Assembly: GCF_006345805.1 (NCBI RefSeq)
Contig: NC_043007.1
Coordinates: 20,832,001 to 20,896,000, forward strand
Direction of reading: 5' to 3'
Length of the DNA stretch: 64,000 nt
Source: Octopus sinensis
Taxonomy: Eukaryota
Made by a program: the position numbers and the translations under genes. Shown in pieces: positions 9,867-23,035 of this stretch. Position 1 is the first letter of the stretch, and each line of letters begins with the position of its first letter. The notes under the pieces are model-generated. The model was not told where the DNA came from and searched no databases. It saw only the letters and a program-made list of their open reading frames with translations.

Positions 9867-12800
9867 ATTGAAGGAGTAAAATCAGCAGACAGACCAATTC
9901 TAATTAAAATAATTAATGAAAAATAATCACATCCAGTAATAATTCTGGGTGCAATAGGAAGCATATTTTTAAACATGCAACAGTGGGAATTGTAGATTAA
10001 AAGGGATTTCACTTTGTGGGTGAGGGTGGGTGGGTGGGTGATGGGTCATGAAGTTTGTTAACACTTATTATGACAGTTTATTATAGGCATAGGAATGGCT
10101 GTGTGGTAAGTAGTTTGCTTACCAATCACATGGTTCCAGGTTCAGTCCCACTGCGTAGCACCTTGAGCAAGTGTCTTCTACTATAGCCTCGGGCCAACCA
10201 AAGCCTTGTGAGTGGATTTGGTAGACGGAAACTGAAAGAAGCCTGTCATATATATGTATGTGTGTCTGTGTTTGTCCCCCCAACATTGCTTGACAACCGA
10301 TGCTGGTGTGTTTACGTCCCCGTAACTTAGTGATTCCGCAAAAGAGACCGATAGAATAAGTACTAGGCTTACAAAGAATAAGTCCTGGTGGGGTTGATTT
10401 GCTCAACTAAAGGCGGTACTCCAGAATGGCCACAGTCAAATGACTGAAACAAGTAAAAGTGTAACGAGTTTATTCAATAACTCCAGCAAGGACATCATTC
10501 TGAGCTCCCCGAAAAGGCTTTAAAATGAACTTTTTCTTAATTGGAGTCAACCTGCTTGAAATTTGAACGCTGGTTATGTATGCATTTCCTGATCAACTTT
10601 CTAGAAGTAACCACTTGAACCCAAAACCCTCTCAACAGCTCTCCTATAACAATCAATGCCAGCCCAACCTTCACAGTACTATGTCCATTAATGCAGGCAT
10701 CATCATCATCATCATCATCGTTGTCATCATTTAACATCCACTTTTCCATGCTTGCATGGGTCAGATGAAATTTGTTGAGGTGGATTTTCTATGATTGGAT
10801 GCCCTTCCTGTCACCAACCCTCTAATTAATGAACTTTTTCTTAATTGGAGTCAAAACCTGCTTGAAATAAAGTAATATTTTCCTATGGCCAGACATGTCT
10901 TCACAGAAGATTGGAAACAAAAGACACTGATATTACAATGGTGACACTCACTCACAACTGTCACACAATACCTAGACAAGGATGAAGCACACACACACAC
11001 ACACACACACATGTACACACGCACATACATTTATTGCTACTTATTTTAAAATGATGGAAAAATTAAGGTTTGAAAAGTTGTTTGTTTATGACCCCATAAC
11101 TTAGCAGTTTGGCAAAAGAAGCTAATAGAATAAGTACGAAACTTTAAGCTAAACTTTAAGGCTTTGCCTCAGCATGGCCAAAGTCCAATAACTAAAACAA
11201 ACAAAAGATGAAAAGAATAGTGTTTCTAGGTTTGAAAATAGCTTAGATCCTTCTCTCCTTTTTAAACCAGTTTTTAATGCACATGTTTACACAGTGAGAG
11301 TAAAGAGTTTGAAGAATTGATCATTTTATACTTTTGTTTCAGCTAGTCTTCTTAAAATATACATTTCAGCTCAACAAGACATTGATTTACTGTATCTCTA
11401 TTCCACTGGCTTACTGAGCACGTATTGATTTCCTTTCTTTTATTTCAGCAACATTTCCTGTTCACACTACATGCATAACTCAAAAAAGAATTAAAGACTA
11501 AAGCTTTTCTTTCACCTCTGACTTTCCAAATACATTTATATGCACCACACTACCTCTACAACACACGTTAACTTAATCCAGTTTTTAGGAATATTGTTAT
11601 TGAAAAATTGCTGCTTTTTCTCAGTGTGAATTACTGTTTCTTCAAACTTGTAGATTATATAAATTTGGGATTGTGTGTGTGTATTTGGCATCTTTTTCTA
11701 GCATGTGGCATTACTTGGTAGCTGCCCTTATAATTTTATAATTCTATTTATAAAACTATTGAAAAGGTTGCAAGACGCAACGAAAATTTTAGGAAAATAA
11801 AAATAAGAAAAAAGTGGAAATTTTACCGGTGAGTGTGTTATATTATAAGACACAAAAAGAAAATTACTCTCCCCAGACACAACAGAATATGCTTCAACAC
11901 ACGAACTCATAAAGAACCTTGCAAACCAAATCCAAAAACGAAATCTATTTAAAATCATATAATTTGTAAATACATAAAAAGATTAAACCAAATCCAAGGG
12001 GTATGTAGGTATGTACATATATGTATGTATATATGCGCATATATATATATATATATATGCGACAGGCTTTTTTCACATACATACATACGTTTACATAACA
12101 GCCTACTAACAACTCTACCTGTGTATCTATAAACTATGGGTAAGAGGGGACTCTATACTCCTTAAAACCCTGAATTCCCGAAACTAGGGCCCCTTTGTAT
12201 ATAAGAAGAACTGTAAAAAAAATTATGCTTTATCAAAACCTTTACTCACTAGCGTTAGCTAGAGTGTGTGTCGTCCAGGGCGGCCCTTCTGTTTGCCGCC
12301 CCCGGATCCCACGACCCCCCCCCCATACACACACACACACAAAAAAACGCATATTGTCTACAGCAGAGCCCAAAGTGGTGCACCTTTAGATTTACCGCCC
12401 GGGGCGGACCGCACTCCCCCCGCTATGCTAGTGCCTTTACTAAAAGAACTGATTTTAAAGTGGGAATTTCGTGAAAGAAGAATGTTGTTTATCGCGAATT
12501 TCTGGCCTGTACATTAAGGCGTTTTGGGCCGGTTTTCGGTGCCAAAATATATTGAAGTTACGAGTGGGAAATTAAAGTAAAAGACGCCAAACTATTATTT
12601 AATAATAATTGATATTGATTTTACTGTAAAAATGTTCTTTTTATTTAAATATTTATTTTGCCAAAGAAAATTGCAAACTGATAACTTAAGTTTCGATCAA
12701 TTTTCGCAACTCCATAAAAGTAATTAGTTGTTATGATAATTTTATATAGTAATTTATTATAATTTTATAGTAATTTATTATAATTTTATATAGTAACTAA

Positions 12801-14519
12801 CTTATTTTCGAAAAACAAATTGGACTATATTCAGTGCTGCAGATGAATAAATCGAACTCAAACAATTTAAAACTTTTCTCTCTAAGCATAAAATGGTAAA
12901 TATAAATTGAGCAATTAGAAAAAATATATAAACAGTGAAAAAAAAAAACCCAATTACAAACATAGAATTAAATGATTTCTTTGTTCCTGCTTTTATGAAA
13001 ACGTGGGACTTTCTTGCAGACTGTGATCCACAGGTGTACCTGTGGATTCAGGTGGGTCCTAGAACTGGATCCAGTCCCACAAGCCCGTCGTTGTAAATGA
13101 AATGACACAACTTGAGGAAATAATCTCTTAATAAAGTTCTTGATGTATTTAATACAATACAGTTATTTTGGGTTGGTTAACGATTTAATTTAGAAAAGTG
13201 AATTTAATAAACTGTGTCACAAATCCCATGAAATTCCATCTCGCACAACAGGTCGGGTACACGTACCCCAAGTTGAGAACCCTTGGTTTTTTCATACAGG
13301 TTTGTCGCCATGAATAACAATCACATTAAAACAGAACTTTGCTCATTTCGATTCTATTCCACGACAGAAAACTTTAGAATAAAAATATTTTACTTACAAA
13401 ATAAATAAGCTGAGCCTACCAGTATGCGGACATAGAATGTTACCAAATCTTGCACTACTACTGTTCTGTGTAAGATGAATATTTTTTATATATTAAATAC
13501 ACGGAGTAGATGCTGTGATAGAGAATATATAATCATGATAACAGCCTTAGAAGTATGAGGAAGACCATAATTCTTCCCTGTCGGTAATTCGACCGGTGTG
13601 CGAACATCGTCACCAGTTTGCGGACATCCACCTAACCTCTCTCTATATAAAGTTGTCTGTGTGTGATAGGTTTGGTAGCCTTCAACTAACTCTATCTCCT
13701 CCGAGACCCTGCGGCGCAAGTTGGCCAAAATTGAGAGTTTGATAGAAGAAGGCTTGCTCTTCCTTCCGTAGAAGAAAAAATTCAAATTGGACCATGTTAA
13801 CACCAAAAATTATTCACATCAAAAAGGTGCTTTTTTTCTATGAAAATCCCTATTTTTTACGATTTTTTTTTACTGCAGTGTGGTCATTTTTCTGTGTATT
13901 TCAACCAGAAAAATGTTCACTTAAAGAGAATAACAAGCTACATAATGCAAAATTTTTATTTTTCAAAAATTCCAATTCTAAAGGCTCAAAACAAACCCGA
14001 GCAACGTCGGGGGATACTGCTAATTAATACATTAAAACTCTTGCGATCATCTTTACTCTGAAATAAATGAGAGCATATAATATTATTCATTTTAATACAC
14101 ACGCAAGTAACCGAATAAATGTCTTGAATATGTAAGATATAATCAATAAATATAATTATACAACTTGGTTGTTTACCATAAAAAAAATTAGAGTTATTAA
14201 AAGTTGCGCTGTATCTTAATATATTCTGTATTAAGAATTAAATGCGTTAATCAAACTGATTTATTCATTTTAAAGAACATATAAAGTAAAAGGTAAAATC
14301 CTTATTTATTCTCATCCCAATGAAAAGTAATATCTCATCTTATTTTGAATATCAGAAGTTTGTCGGAAAAACAAAAAACGCGGGACAGGGTGTGCCTGTT
14401 ACAAGTGGAGTTCTCAAGAAAGGATTCCTTAATCGTTAAATTTGATACTTTTCTTTTAAAGATCATAATCTGAAGTATAAATTCATCAAAGTAGAAAAAG
14501 AAAATTTCATGGTATAAAC

Positions 14520-15480
14520 ATATTTGGAGGGAATCGGGCTTGTCTGCTCCTGAGAAGGTGGAAGACTGTCGGAGTCAGAGAGCTTAGGACAACATAATCT
14601 CGAAGGCCACCTTCGACTCCCTCTTCATCCAGTTGGACCAGTTTTCAAGGTGCCGCTTACTGTCAGCTAGCGCCAAATACTCAGGTGACTGGATTGATGC
14701 CATCCCTGTGGCTAATGTTGGTAGCCTACTCAGCTTGGACGAACTTTGTGTCTCCATTGTCCTCAGAGTGGGAGCTGACGTATGCACGGGTTTGATCTGT
14801 CGTTGTGGTAGGTTCTTCGACTCCTCAGGCCTCCATGGTCTTTCTTGCCGCCTGAATGCTGGTCGCTTCATGCCTCATATGGAATTGAACCTGATACTCA
14901 AGAGGAGCTTGGCCCGGGTAAATATCTCCTCCATCTTGGAACCATCTGGATTGTCCTGATGTGATGAGAAGAGACCTGACGGCCTCACCCTGTGCCCCCG
15001 GTCGCAAGGCAGATGCCTTGCCTGGGACAAGCGACTCCTTTGCTTCTTCTCACATCCTGGATGCTGTGGTCAGGGTGAGATCCACAGCTTCTGTGGTTGA
15101 GCGGAAAAAAATCCTGAAATACCGCGATCTGTTGGCCAACTACATTTTCCATCCTGTGGGCATTCGAGACGTTTGGTGGGGTCAGGCCACTAACTGCAAG
15201 ATTCCTGTCTTCACTGACAACTTGCCATGCAGAGGTAACTGGTGAGGCTCGTGGGGGCGCTTGGCTGTTCCAGCGCATCAGCCTCGTCATCACCCGTGGC
15301 AACGCTGCAACCGTGCCGGTGAGTCTCACTAGCCATTAGAGATGTTTCCCAGCACCCCCAACTTTTCAACCTAAGGTAGTGAAATTTTTTTTCTCTTTTT
15401 CCTTTTTATCTTTTTTCTCTTTTTCTCTTTTTCTCTTTTTAATCTTTTCAATTGTGTTCTCTAGTTTTCTAGTTTGATTT
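14520..15480 (+). mobile_element. CRE-type non-LTR retrotransposon 3' fragment (restriction-like endonuclease), degenerate
   Basis: SGDWIDAIP...LRVGA...CRCG...GLHGLSC...LEPSGL*CDEKRPDGLTLCP...AWD...E..K..KY..L...QRISLVITRGNAA, with stops and frameshifts. Followed by a pyrimidine-rich tail at 15385-15480. Confidence 0.8.
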
Positions 15481-15649
15481 TGTAAAATGGTAAACACTGC
15501 GAAGGCAATAAAAAGTATATTCTACTACTTTAGATTCCTGTAGACAAGCAAAATGGAAAAGAGGATATAAAGTTCTCTGGGGGCAGCAAGACTACTCACA
15601 GCTTCAGGTCAAATTTGGCAATCAACTCTCTCAATGAAGACTACGCACC

Positions 15650-17060
15650 TTCATTGGTCAGTTAAAGTTGAGACAGTGTCACGTGACAACTTGCTGGGGC
15701 TGACTGCTGGAGCCTAACAGCAGGTATTTAAAGGGAAAAATTTGACACGTCAAAACGGTAGAGGAGTAGGGGCTGAAACTGGACGTGGTTCCTCCTGATG
15801 ATGTCTTGAGCTAACTGGATCCTATAAAGGAGCTGTTGTGGTAGCAGACCACAAAACACAGTTGAAATTCCAGCCTCACTTGATCATTTTCACAGCTTCC
15901 TTTATTTAGACTCATATCGCTGATAATTATCAGCAATAATACACCCAAGCAGTTCAGATCTGGATATCACTAGACCCCTAGGGCTAAATTTTTGCCTACC
16001 AACTCAGCGTCCACTTTAGTTACATTGATGTGATTGCAATTATCTTCCTTCCTAAGCCAGGCCACATCCTCAACTTCAGCATTACTGCCACTGTCCTTTC
16101 TCCAATTTGAGAGAGTTGATTGCCAAATTTGACCTGAAGCTGTGAGTAGTCTTGCTGCCCCCAGAGAACTTTATATCCTCTTTTCCATAGCAGACCACAA
16201 AACACAGTTGAAATTCCAGCCTCACTTGATCATTTTCACAGCTTCCTTTATTTAGACTCATATCGCTGATAATTATCAGCAATAATACACCCAAGCAGTT
16301 CAGATCTGGATATCACTAGACCCCTAGGGCTAAATTTTTGCCTACCAACTCAGCGTCCACTTTAGTTACATTGATGTGATTGCAATTATCTTCCTTCCTA
16401 ACCCAGGCCACATCCTCAACTTCAGCATTACTGCCACTGTCCTTTCTCCAATTTTCTTTGCCCAGCTCTCTCCATTAGCCCCCTTTTTCACATAGCTCTG
16501 TGATAGGATAGTGATATTTTAGTGCTGACTGCACATTGAAAACACCTCCTGAAAACATAGATTATCTTTCGAGTCAGGAATCTCACTCCCCTTCTGAAAC
16601 ATCAATTTTCTTGACCTAACTTTATCCAATCTTAATACCAACAGTCTTCCCTATCACAGAATCTGGTGGTTTCACAGCCAACCCCAAACTCTTAAGATGA
16701 TTATAACCTGTACAGACATCACTACTGTCTCATCCACTAAGATATATTCTTTGTAGGAGTTAATGGCCCATTTCACTCTGTTCATATTTTTTGGTACTGT
16801 CTTGAAGATTGCAGTCATGATCCTTGGTGCCAAGTTCTTCCCAAATTGCAACTTAGTCAAGTAGTACACCATACCCTGTTCTTACCAGCGAATGTTCCTG
16901 CAATTTCTTGACTACATGAAGTTGTAGATAGGCTGACTATCATGAAAGCCTCATCATTTGTCTCCACTCTCACAAGATCTCCCCACTTACATCTATAGCC
17001 TCACCACCCATGTGATGTGTACACATGGTCATTCATCTCCAAAAAGCCTAACTTTGGGCT
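15650..17060 (-). mobile_element. Degenerate Gypsy-like LTR retrotransposon pol fragment
   Basis: YLTKLQFGKNLAPRIMTAI...INSYKEYILVDETVV resembles the RT motifs L.FGL..AP.IM and YxDD.L, with the catalytic YxDD lost. Many stops. Confidence 0.5.
15842..16453. repeat. About 265-bp direct duplication with an inverted templated insert at the junction
   Basis: 15842-16106 is repeated at 16188-16453. The bridging 16104-16188 is the reverse complement of 15553-15634. Confidence 0.85.
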
Positions 17061-17914
17061 TGATCTTATTCTTTGTTGATTGAACAACAGTCCCCGGTGG
17101 CAGCACTTTACTTTCCACTTCTTCCCCCAAGAATACCTTCCTTAATTTATCTTTTCATCTTAAATTTGGCTCTCATCCTCTATTTTAAAAAGCTCTCACA
17201 GCAGCTTACCTTATTCTTCAATACCAGAGGCTTCCCTTACCCAAATCATTTAACATCAATGACAATTCATCATCATCATCATCATCATTTACCGTCCGTT
17301 CTCCATGCTAGCACGGGTTGGATGGTTCGAGTGGGGATCTGGGAAGCCAGAAGGCTGCACCAGGCTCCAGTCTGATCTGGCAGTGTTTCTACAGTTGGAT
17401 GCCCTTCCTAATGCCAACCACTCCGTGAGTGTAGTGGGTGCTTTTTACATGCCACCGGCACAAGTGCCAGGGGAGGCTGAAACCAACAATGTGAGATGAA
17501 GGCCTTCCAACAGAAAAATAATCAGAAAAGACAGCCCAGAATTGAGAACAGTAGAGAAAAGTCATTGATGGCCTACAATCCATAGAGTGAAGAGCTCTAG
17601 TAAGTATTATGTTTGTAATGTTACATATTCATTAAAGTTGGTTGGTTGGTTGGATGAAATAAGGCCATGGGAGAAATGAAGCCTGTAGGCATTTGTTTAC
17701 TGATCCCCACATGACAACCATCAAATGACCGAAACCTGTGGAACAGTGGCTCTGAACTGGGGTCTATATAGCCCTTGGGGGTCTATATAAGATTTTATTG
17801 TTAAAGTTTACATACAATAAATTGGTTATACTTCGACAATACAAAAAATACTTTAATCTTTTATACAATTCCTAATAACATTTAATTATAAAAATACAGT
17901 ACACTCACACATGT

Positions 17915-18690
17915 ACAGAGTGTGGTGAATATATTGTTGTCTAAATTACGCAAAAATGAAAATAACGCTGACATCTCATTTTAACAGATATATTTACCAA
18001 AATTACTTTAAAATATCTTGAAATACTAAAGAGTAAATTTATTCAATAAAATCACCATTGGCTTCAACCACAGCCTCCACATGACTTTGGAATCTCCTGC
18101 AACTCTTCTGGACAGTCTCCTTATTTAAGTTGGTGAATGTTGCCATAATCCTTGCCTTCAGTTCATCTTTGGTGCTACAAGGAGTTTTGTTGGTCTCTCG
18201 CTCAACTGTGGCCCCACACACAATAATCAAGGGGGTTGCAGTCTGGGGAGTTAGGTGGCCAGATGTTAGGGGTGATGTGATCGCAGATATTGTCTGACAG
18301 CCATAACTAGGTTCTCCTGCATGAGTGGCATGGTGTAGAGCCCTGTTACCAGAGATAGAGTCTTCCACCAGCCACCCTCTTGATCCAGGACAGCACTACC
18401 TTCTCCAGACACTTGATGTAGAACTCCATGTTGAGTCTGACACCATGTGGGAAGATGAATAGAGGCATAACATTGCCATCACTAGTGATCACCCCAAACA
18501 CCATGATGCTGACTGGATGTTTGATTTTTATCACTCTCAGTACATGTTTTGGGGACATGGAAATTCTACAGTTATTCTGTGTGTTCACCATCTGTTTGTA
18601 TTGGAGCTTCAGGCACAAATGCCAACCAGTACAGTATATCATTTTCAAATTTCTGGCAGAGTGAATTGCATCAGGGTGCTGTTTTTCTCA
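17915..18690 (-). mobile_element. Tc1/mariner (DD37D, maT-like) transposase remnant
   Basis: KHPVSIMVFGVITSDGNVMPLFIF...YIKCLEKVVLSWIK...WQQ..(P)CH...WPPNSPDCNPLDY...ELKARI...V..ANGDFIE, spread over frameshifted frames. Confidence 0.85.
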
Positions 18691-18808
18691 CAGACGGTGC
18701 CCAACAGACCCTACTATACTGTGTATCAACAAAATCTAAGATAAATTATGCACATAAGCGAAATTAAAAACATAGAGTGGCAACAATTTACCCATGGCAC
18801 CATGTAGG

Positions 18809-18872
<64 letters not shown>

Positions 18873-19546
18873 AATCTCTTGATTATCGCGGGTATTATGT
18901 TCCAAAACCCCTGCAATAGGTGAAAATCCATGAAGTAGAAACAGTACTGTACTGCATATTTTTTTCATTATTTTCATAATTTGTATATATTTATTTTAAT
19001 ATAGATGCAAAACAACACCAAATAGGAATCAACATAAACTTAAATAAACCATGATGGGTGAACTGCGATATGGCAAGAGATTACAGCATATATATATACA
19101 TATACATATACCTTGACTGGCTTCCGTGCCGGTGGCACGTAAAAATCACCATCCGATCCTGGCCGTTGCCAGCCTCGCCTCGCACCTGTGCCGGTGGCAC
19201 ATAAAAGAACCCGCTACACCCTCAGAGTGGTTGGCGTTAGGAAGGGCATCCAGCTGTAGAAACACTGCCAGATCAGACTGGAGACTGGTGCAGCCTCCTG
19301 GCTTCCCAGATCCCGGTCGAACCGTCCAACCCATGGAAAACAGACGTTAAACGATGATGATGATGATGATGATATATATAGGTGTAGGAGTGGGTGTGTG
19401 GTAAGTAGCTTGCTTACGAACCACATGGTTCCGGGATCAGTCCCACTGTGTGGCACCTTGGGCAGGTGTTTTCTACTATTATAGCCTCGGGCCTACCAAA
19501 ACCTTGTGAGTGGATTTGGTAGACGGAAACTGAAAGAAGCCCATCG

Positions 19547-19577
<31 letters not shown>

Positions 19578-20045
19578 TTGTGTGTCTGTGTTTGTCCTCC
19601 CAACATCGCTTGACAACCGATACTGGTGTGTTTATGTCCCTGTTACTTACCGGTTCGGCAAAAGAGACTGATAGAATAAGTACTAGGCTTACAAAAAGTT
19701 ATACAGCAGATAAACTTACTGTCATCTACAGTTAACTCTGGGATTTCGAGAACAAAGTCTGTGTTTGAAACCCCTTAGTGGAAATGTAGCCCTATACGAA
19801 ATTAGTTAATATGAACATGTCCAATATAGAAAACTTAACAACTGATATTCTGAAGTTAAGTAGGTTAAGTCAACAAATGAAAATATTTTCCTGAAATGAT
19901 AACATCAGGTTTGAAGCACAAGACAGCAGCTGGTAGTTCTCAGCAACAATCAACCATAATTCACAGCTAAGCAGGAAAAACAAAAAAAAAGGGAAAAGAA
20001 CTGCAAAAAAAGCCCCACAAAATAATTTTTTTTCTAGGTTTTTAA

Positions 20046-20999
20046 ATGGAGCCATACCTACTTGCTATTTTAATTATCATAATAATTGCCTTGATTGTTA
20101 TATGTTTGTGTTTACTACGCTGCTACATAATTCGGCACAGAACATGTCCCAGTCGTGCTGACCTCACTGGTAAAATAGCAATTGTAACTGGAGCAAATAT
20201 TGGCCTTGGTAAGGAAACTGCATTGGAGCTGTCTCTAAGGGGAGCCAAAGTAATACTAGCCTGTCGCAATGAATTCAAAGGTAAAGAATGTGCTGCCGAA
20301 ATTCGTCGTCAATCTAACCAAGAGGTAGTATTTCATAAACTTGATTTAGCATCTCTGAAGTCTGTGCAAAAATTTTCTCAGACAATAATTGAGCAAGAAC
20401 CACGTATTGATATATTGGTAAATAATGCTGGAGTTTTTCGATGTCCTTATATGCAAACAGAAGATGGTTTTGAGATGCACATGGGAGTGAACTACCTGGG
20501 GCATTTCTTACTGACTAATCTTTTACTGGATCTACTTAAGAAATCTTCACCAAGTCGTGTTGTTTGTGTCGGGAGTTTCCTTTACGCTAGAGGAAACATC
20601 AACTTTAAGGATTTCAATTCTGAAAGAAGCTATGATCGAACCCTTGCTTATTGTAACAGTAAACTTGCTCTCAGCTTGTTCTGTCGAGAGCTTAGCAAAC
20701 ATCTAAGAGATACAAGTGTAAACGTGTACTGTGTCAATCCAGGAATTGTAAGAACAAATTTACTTCAACATTCCGTTCCCGTTTTCATTCGGTACATACA
20801 GCCTTTATTTCCAATGTTTTTAAATGCTAAAGAAGGAGCACAATCAATCATCAATTGTGCCATTTCAGAACAACTTGCTGAAGAAACTGGGTTCTATTAT
20901 TCTGGTTGTCGACGGAAAGAATGGCACGATAAAGCTTTGAATGAAGAAGTTGCCAAAAGACTCTGGGAGTTTAGTGAAAGACTAACTGGATTGTCCTAA
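20046..20999 (+). CDS. Retinol dehydrogenase 11/12/13-like short-chain dehydrogenase/reductase, single coding exon
   Basis: 317 aa with an N-terminal hydrophobic anchor, TGANIGLG (TGxxxGxG), LACRN (basic residue typical of NADP(H) preference), NNAG, catalytic YCNSK and the C-terminal A..LW..SE.L motif of the RDH11-14 group. Confidence 0.93.
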   Translation: MEPYLLAILIIIIIALIVICLCLLRCYIIRHRTCPSRADLTGKIAIVTGANIGLGKETALELSLRGAKVILACRNEFKGKECAAEIRRQSNQEVVFHKLDLASLKSVQKFSQTIIEQEPRIDILVNNAGVFRCPYMQTEDGFEMHMGVNYLGHFLLTNLLLDLLKKSSPSRVVCVGSFLYARGNINFKDFNSERSYDRTLAYCNSKLALSLFCRELSKHLRDTSVNVYCVNPGIVRTNLLQHSVPVFIRYIQPLFPMFLNAKEGAQSIINCAISEQLAEETGFYYSGCRRKEWHDKALNEEVAKRLWEFSERLTGLS

Positions 21000-22983
21000 C
21001 AGGTACGTAAAAAACAATATTTTCTGTTTATTTAATTTTATTATATATTTCTTTACTACCCACAAGGGGCCAAACAAGGACAGACAAACGGATTAAATCG
21101 ATTACACTGACCCCAGTCCGTAACTGGTACTTAATTTATCGACCCCGAAAGGATGAAAGGCAAAGTCGACCTGGGCGGAATTTGAACTCAGAACGTAACG
21201 GCAGACGAAATACCGCTAGGCATTTCGCCCGGCATGCTAACGTAAAGACAGGTGAAATACTTATTTCTTCACTACCCACAAGGGGCCAAACAAGGAAAGA
21301 CAAATGGATTAAGTCTATTACATCGACCCCAGTGCGTAACTGGTACTTATTTATCGACCCCGAAAGGATGAAAGGCAAAGTTGACCACGGAAGAATTTGA
21401 ACTCAGAACGTAACGGCAGACGAAATACGGCAACACACACAAATATATATAAATATACATATATACGAAAGGCTTCAATCAGTTTCTGTCTATCAAATCC
21501 ACTCACAAGGCTTTGGTCGGCCCAAGGCTATCGTAGAAGACACTTGTCCAAGGTGCCACGCAATGGGAATGAACCTGGAACCATGTGGTTGGTAAGCAAG
21601 CTACTTACCACACAGCCACTCCTGCGCTAGTAAACAATTTCAAAATAAACTTTCAGCTTCAATGAAAAACATTATTCTACTTTTGTTTTATTGCTGAGTT
21701 TAATGGATTACTACCAAACATAAAATTATTTCTATCTAATATGCCAAGCTCTGTCAACTTCAGTAGTTTCCCTTTCTGGATCATAAAACGAAACATTGCC
21801 CAATTAAAAAATAAACATTAACAACAGAAAGTTATGAGAAAACGAAAACAATAAATGCTTTGGAAAAAACGTTTTGTATTTATTGTGTATTATTGCTCAC
21901 AATTTTTTTTTGTGTAGGTTCGCTATGTTTAGCACAAATTACATTTGTCAAAATTTGAACGAAAACTGATGGTGTGTGAGTCTAAAATGAATTTTCAAGA
22001 TTGAAATGAGAATTAAAACTCTGCATTTCATCAGGTAAAAAATTAAATACGTAAGAGTTTTACTATCAGGCGTAAAGAAAACATTTTTTTAAAGATTTCA
22101 TGCCAAAGCAGACAACTGAATGTTCTGTTTTTTTTTTCCTAATCAGACAAAAAGGTGATGGTTAAGAAAAGAGTTGAATGTGAGACAAATCGAAAATACA
22201 AATTTAAAATTAAGTTGTATATTTTCTTACATAAACCTCAGTTATTTTAAGTCTTGTAAACAAGGTAAAAATTTAGAACGGTAGTTTCACTTTCGTTGGC
22301 GGAAGTAAAGAATTCGCACACCCAGTATTTAGGGGTTTTATTACGACGCAAAAGGGTGGAGTACATATTCTTTACCTCCGACCTTTCGCCTCTCCTCCCT
22401 AACCTGACTTTGATAAGGGTTTTGATATCAGGGTCTGAATGGTTTTTCTCCCTGCACTTCTATCAAAGTTTGCTCCAGATTTTTTTCCATTTTATAAAAC
22501 TCCATTATAAAGTAAAATAATGTGAATAATGTGAATATTGTGCCATATTTGTAATTTTTTTGAGGCATTTAAAAATTTTTTGTGGGGGGTATGTTGCTTG
22601 CTTTTGATTTTTCCGATTTTGCTGGAGTTTTTCAAGATGGAATAGAAATTACGATAATGATACAACTAACTTCAATGCCCCAATACTCCAAACAAGCCGT
22701 TTAAGAAAAAATAAAATAAAAAGAGAGCGCTGGGGAAGAATTTTACGGCCTTAATAGAATATTTATAAGATGAAATTATTTTAACAACTGCAGCATGGAA
22801 GATGTTTATAAGCATTTAAGAACACACAAAAAAAACCATTAGAATCACTTCGACATTTAAATTTAATGTGTCAAAATGCAGCACGAAGTTTTGTCAGTGA
22901 ACAGGTCGCGGTTTCAAAGAGACGAAAATATTTTGACACGTTTTTCTGCTTTCTTTTTTATTTATTCTTCCTGTTTTGTGGGA

Positions 22984-23035
<52 letters not shown>

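Noticed and set aside
12247-12433. GC-rich island with short terminal inverted match (CACTAGC...GCTAGTG)
   Set aside because: Probably a decayed Harbinger-like MITE rather than a promoter; TIR and TSD are too degraded to call.
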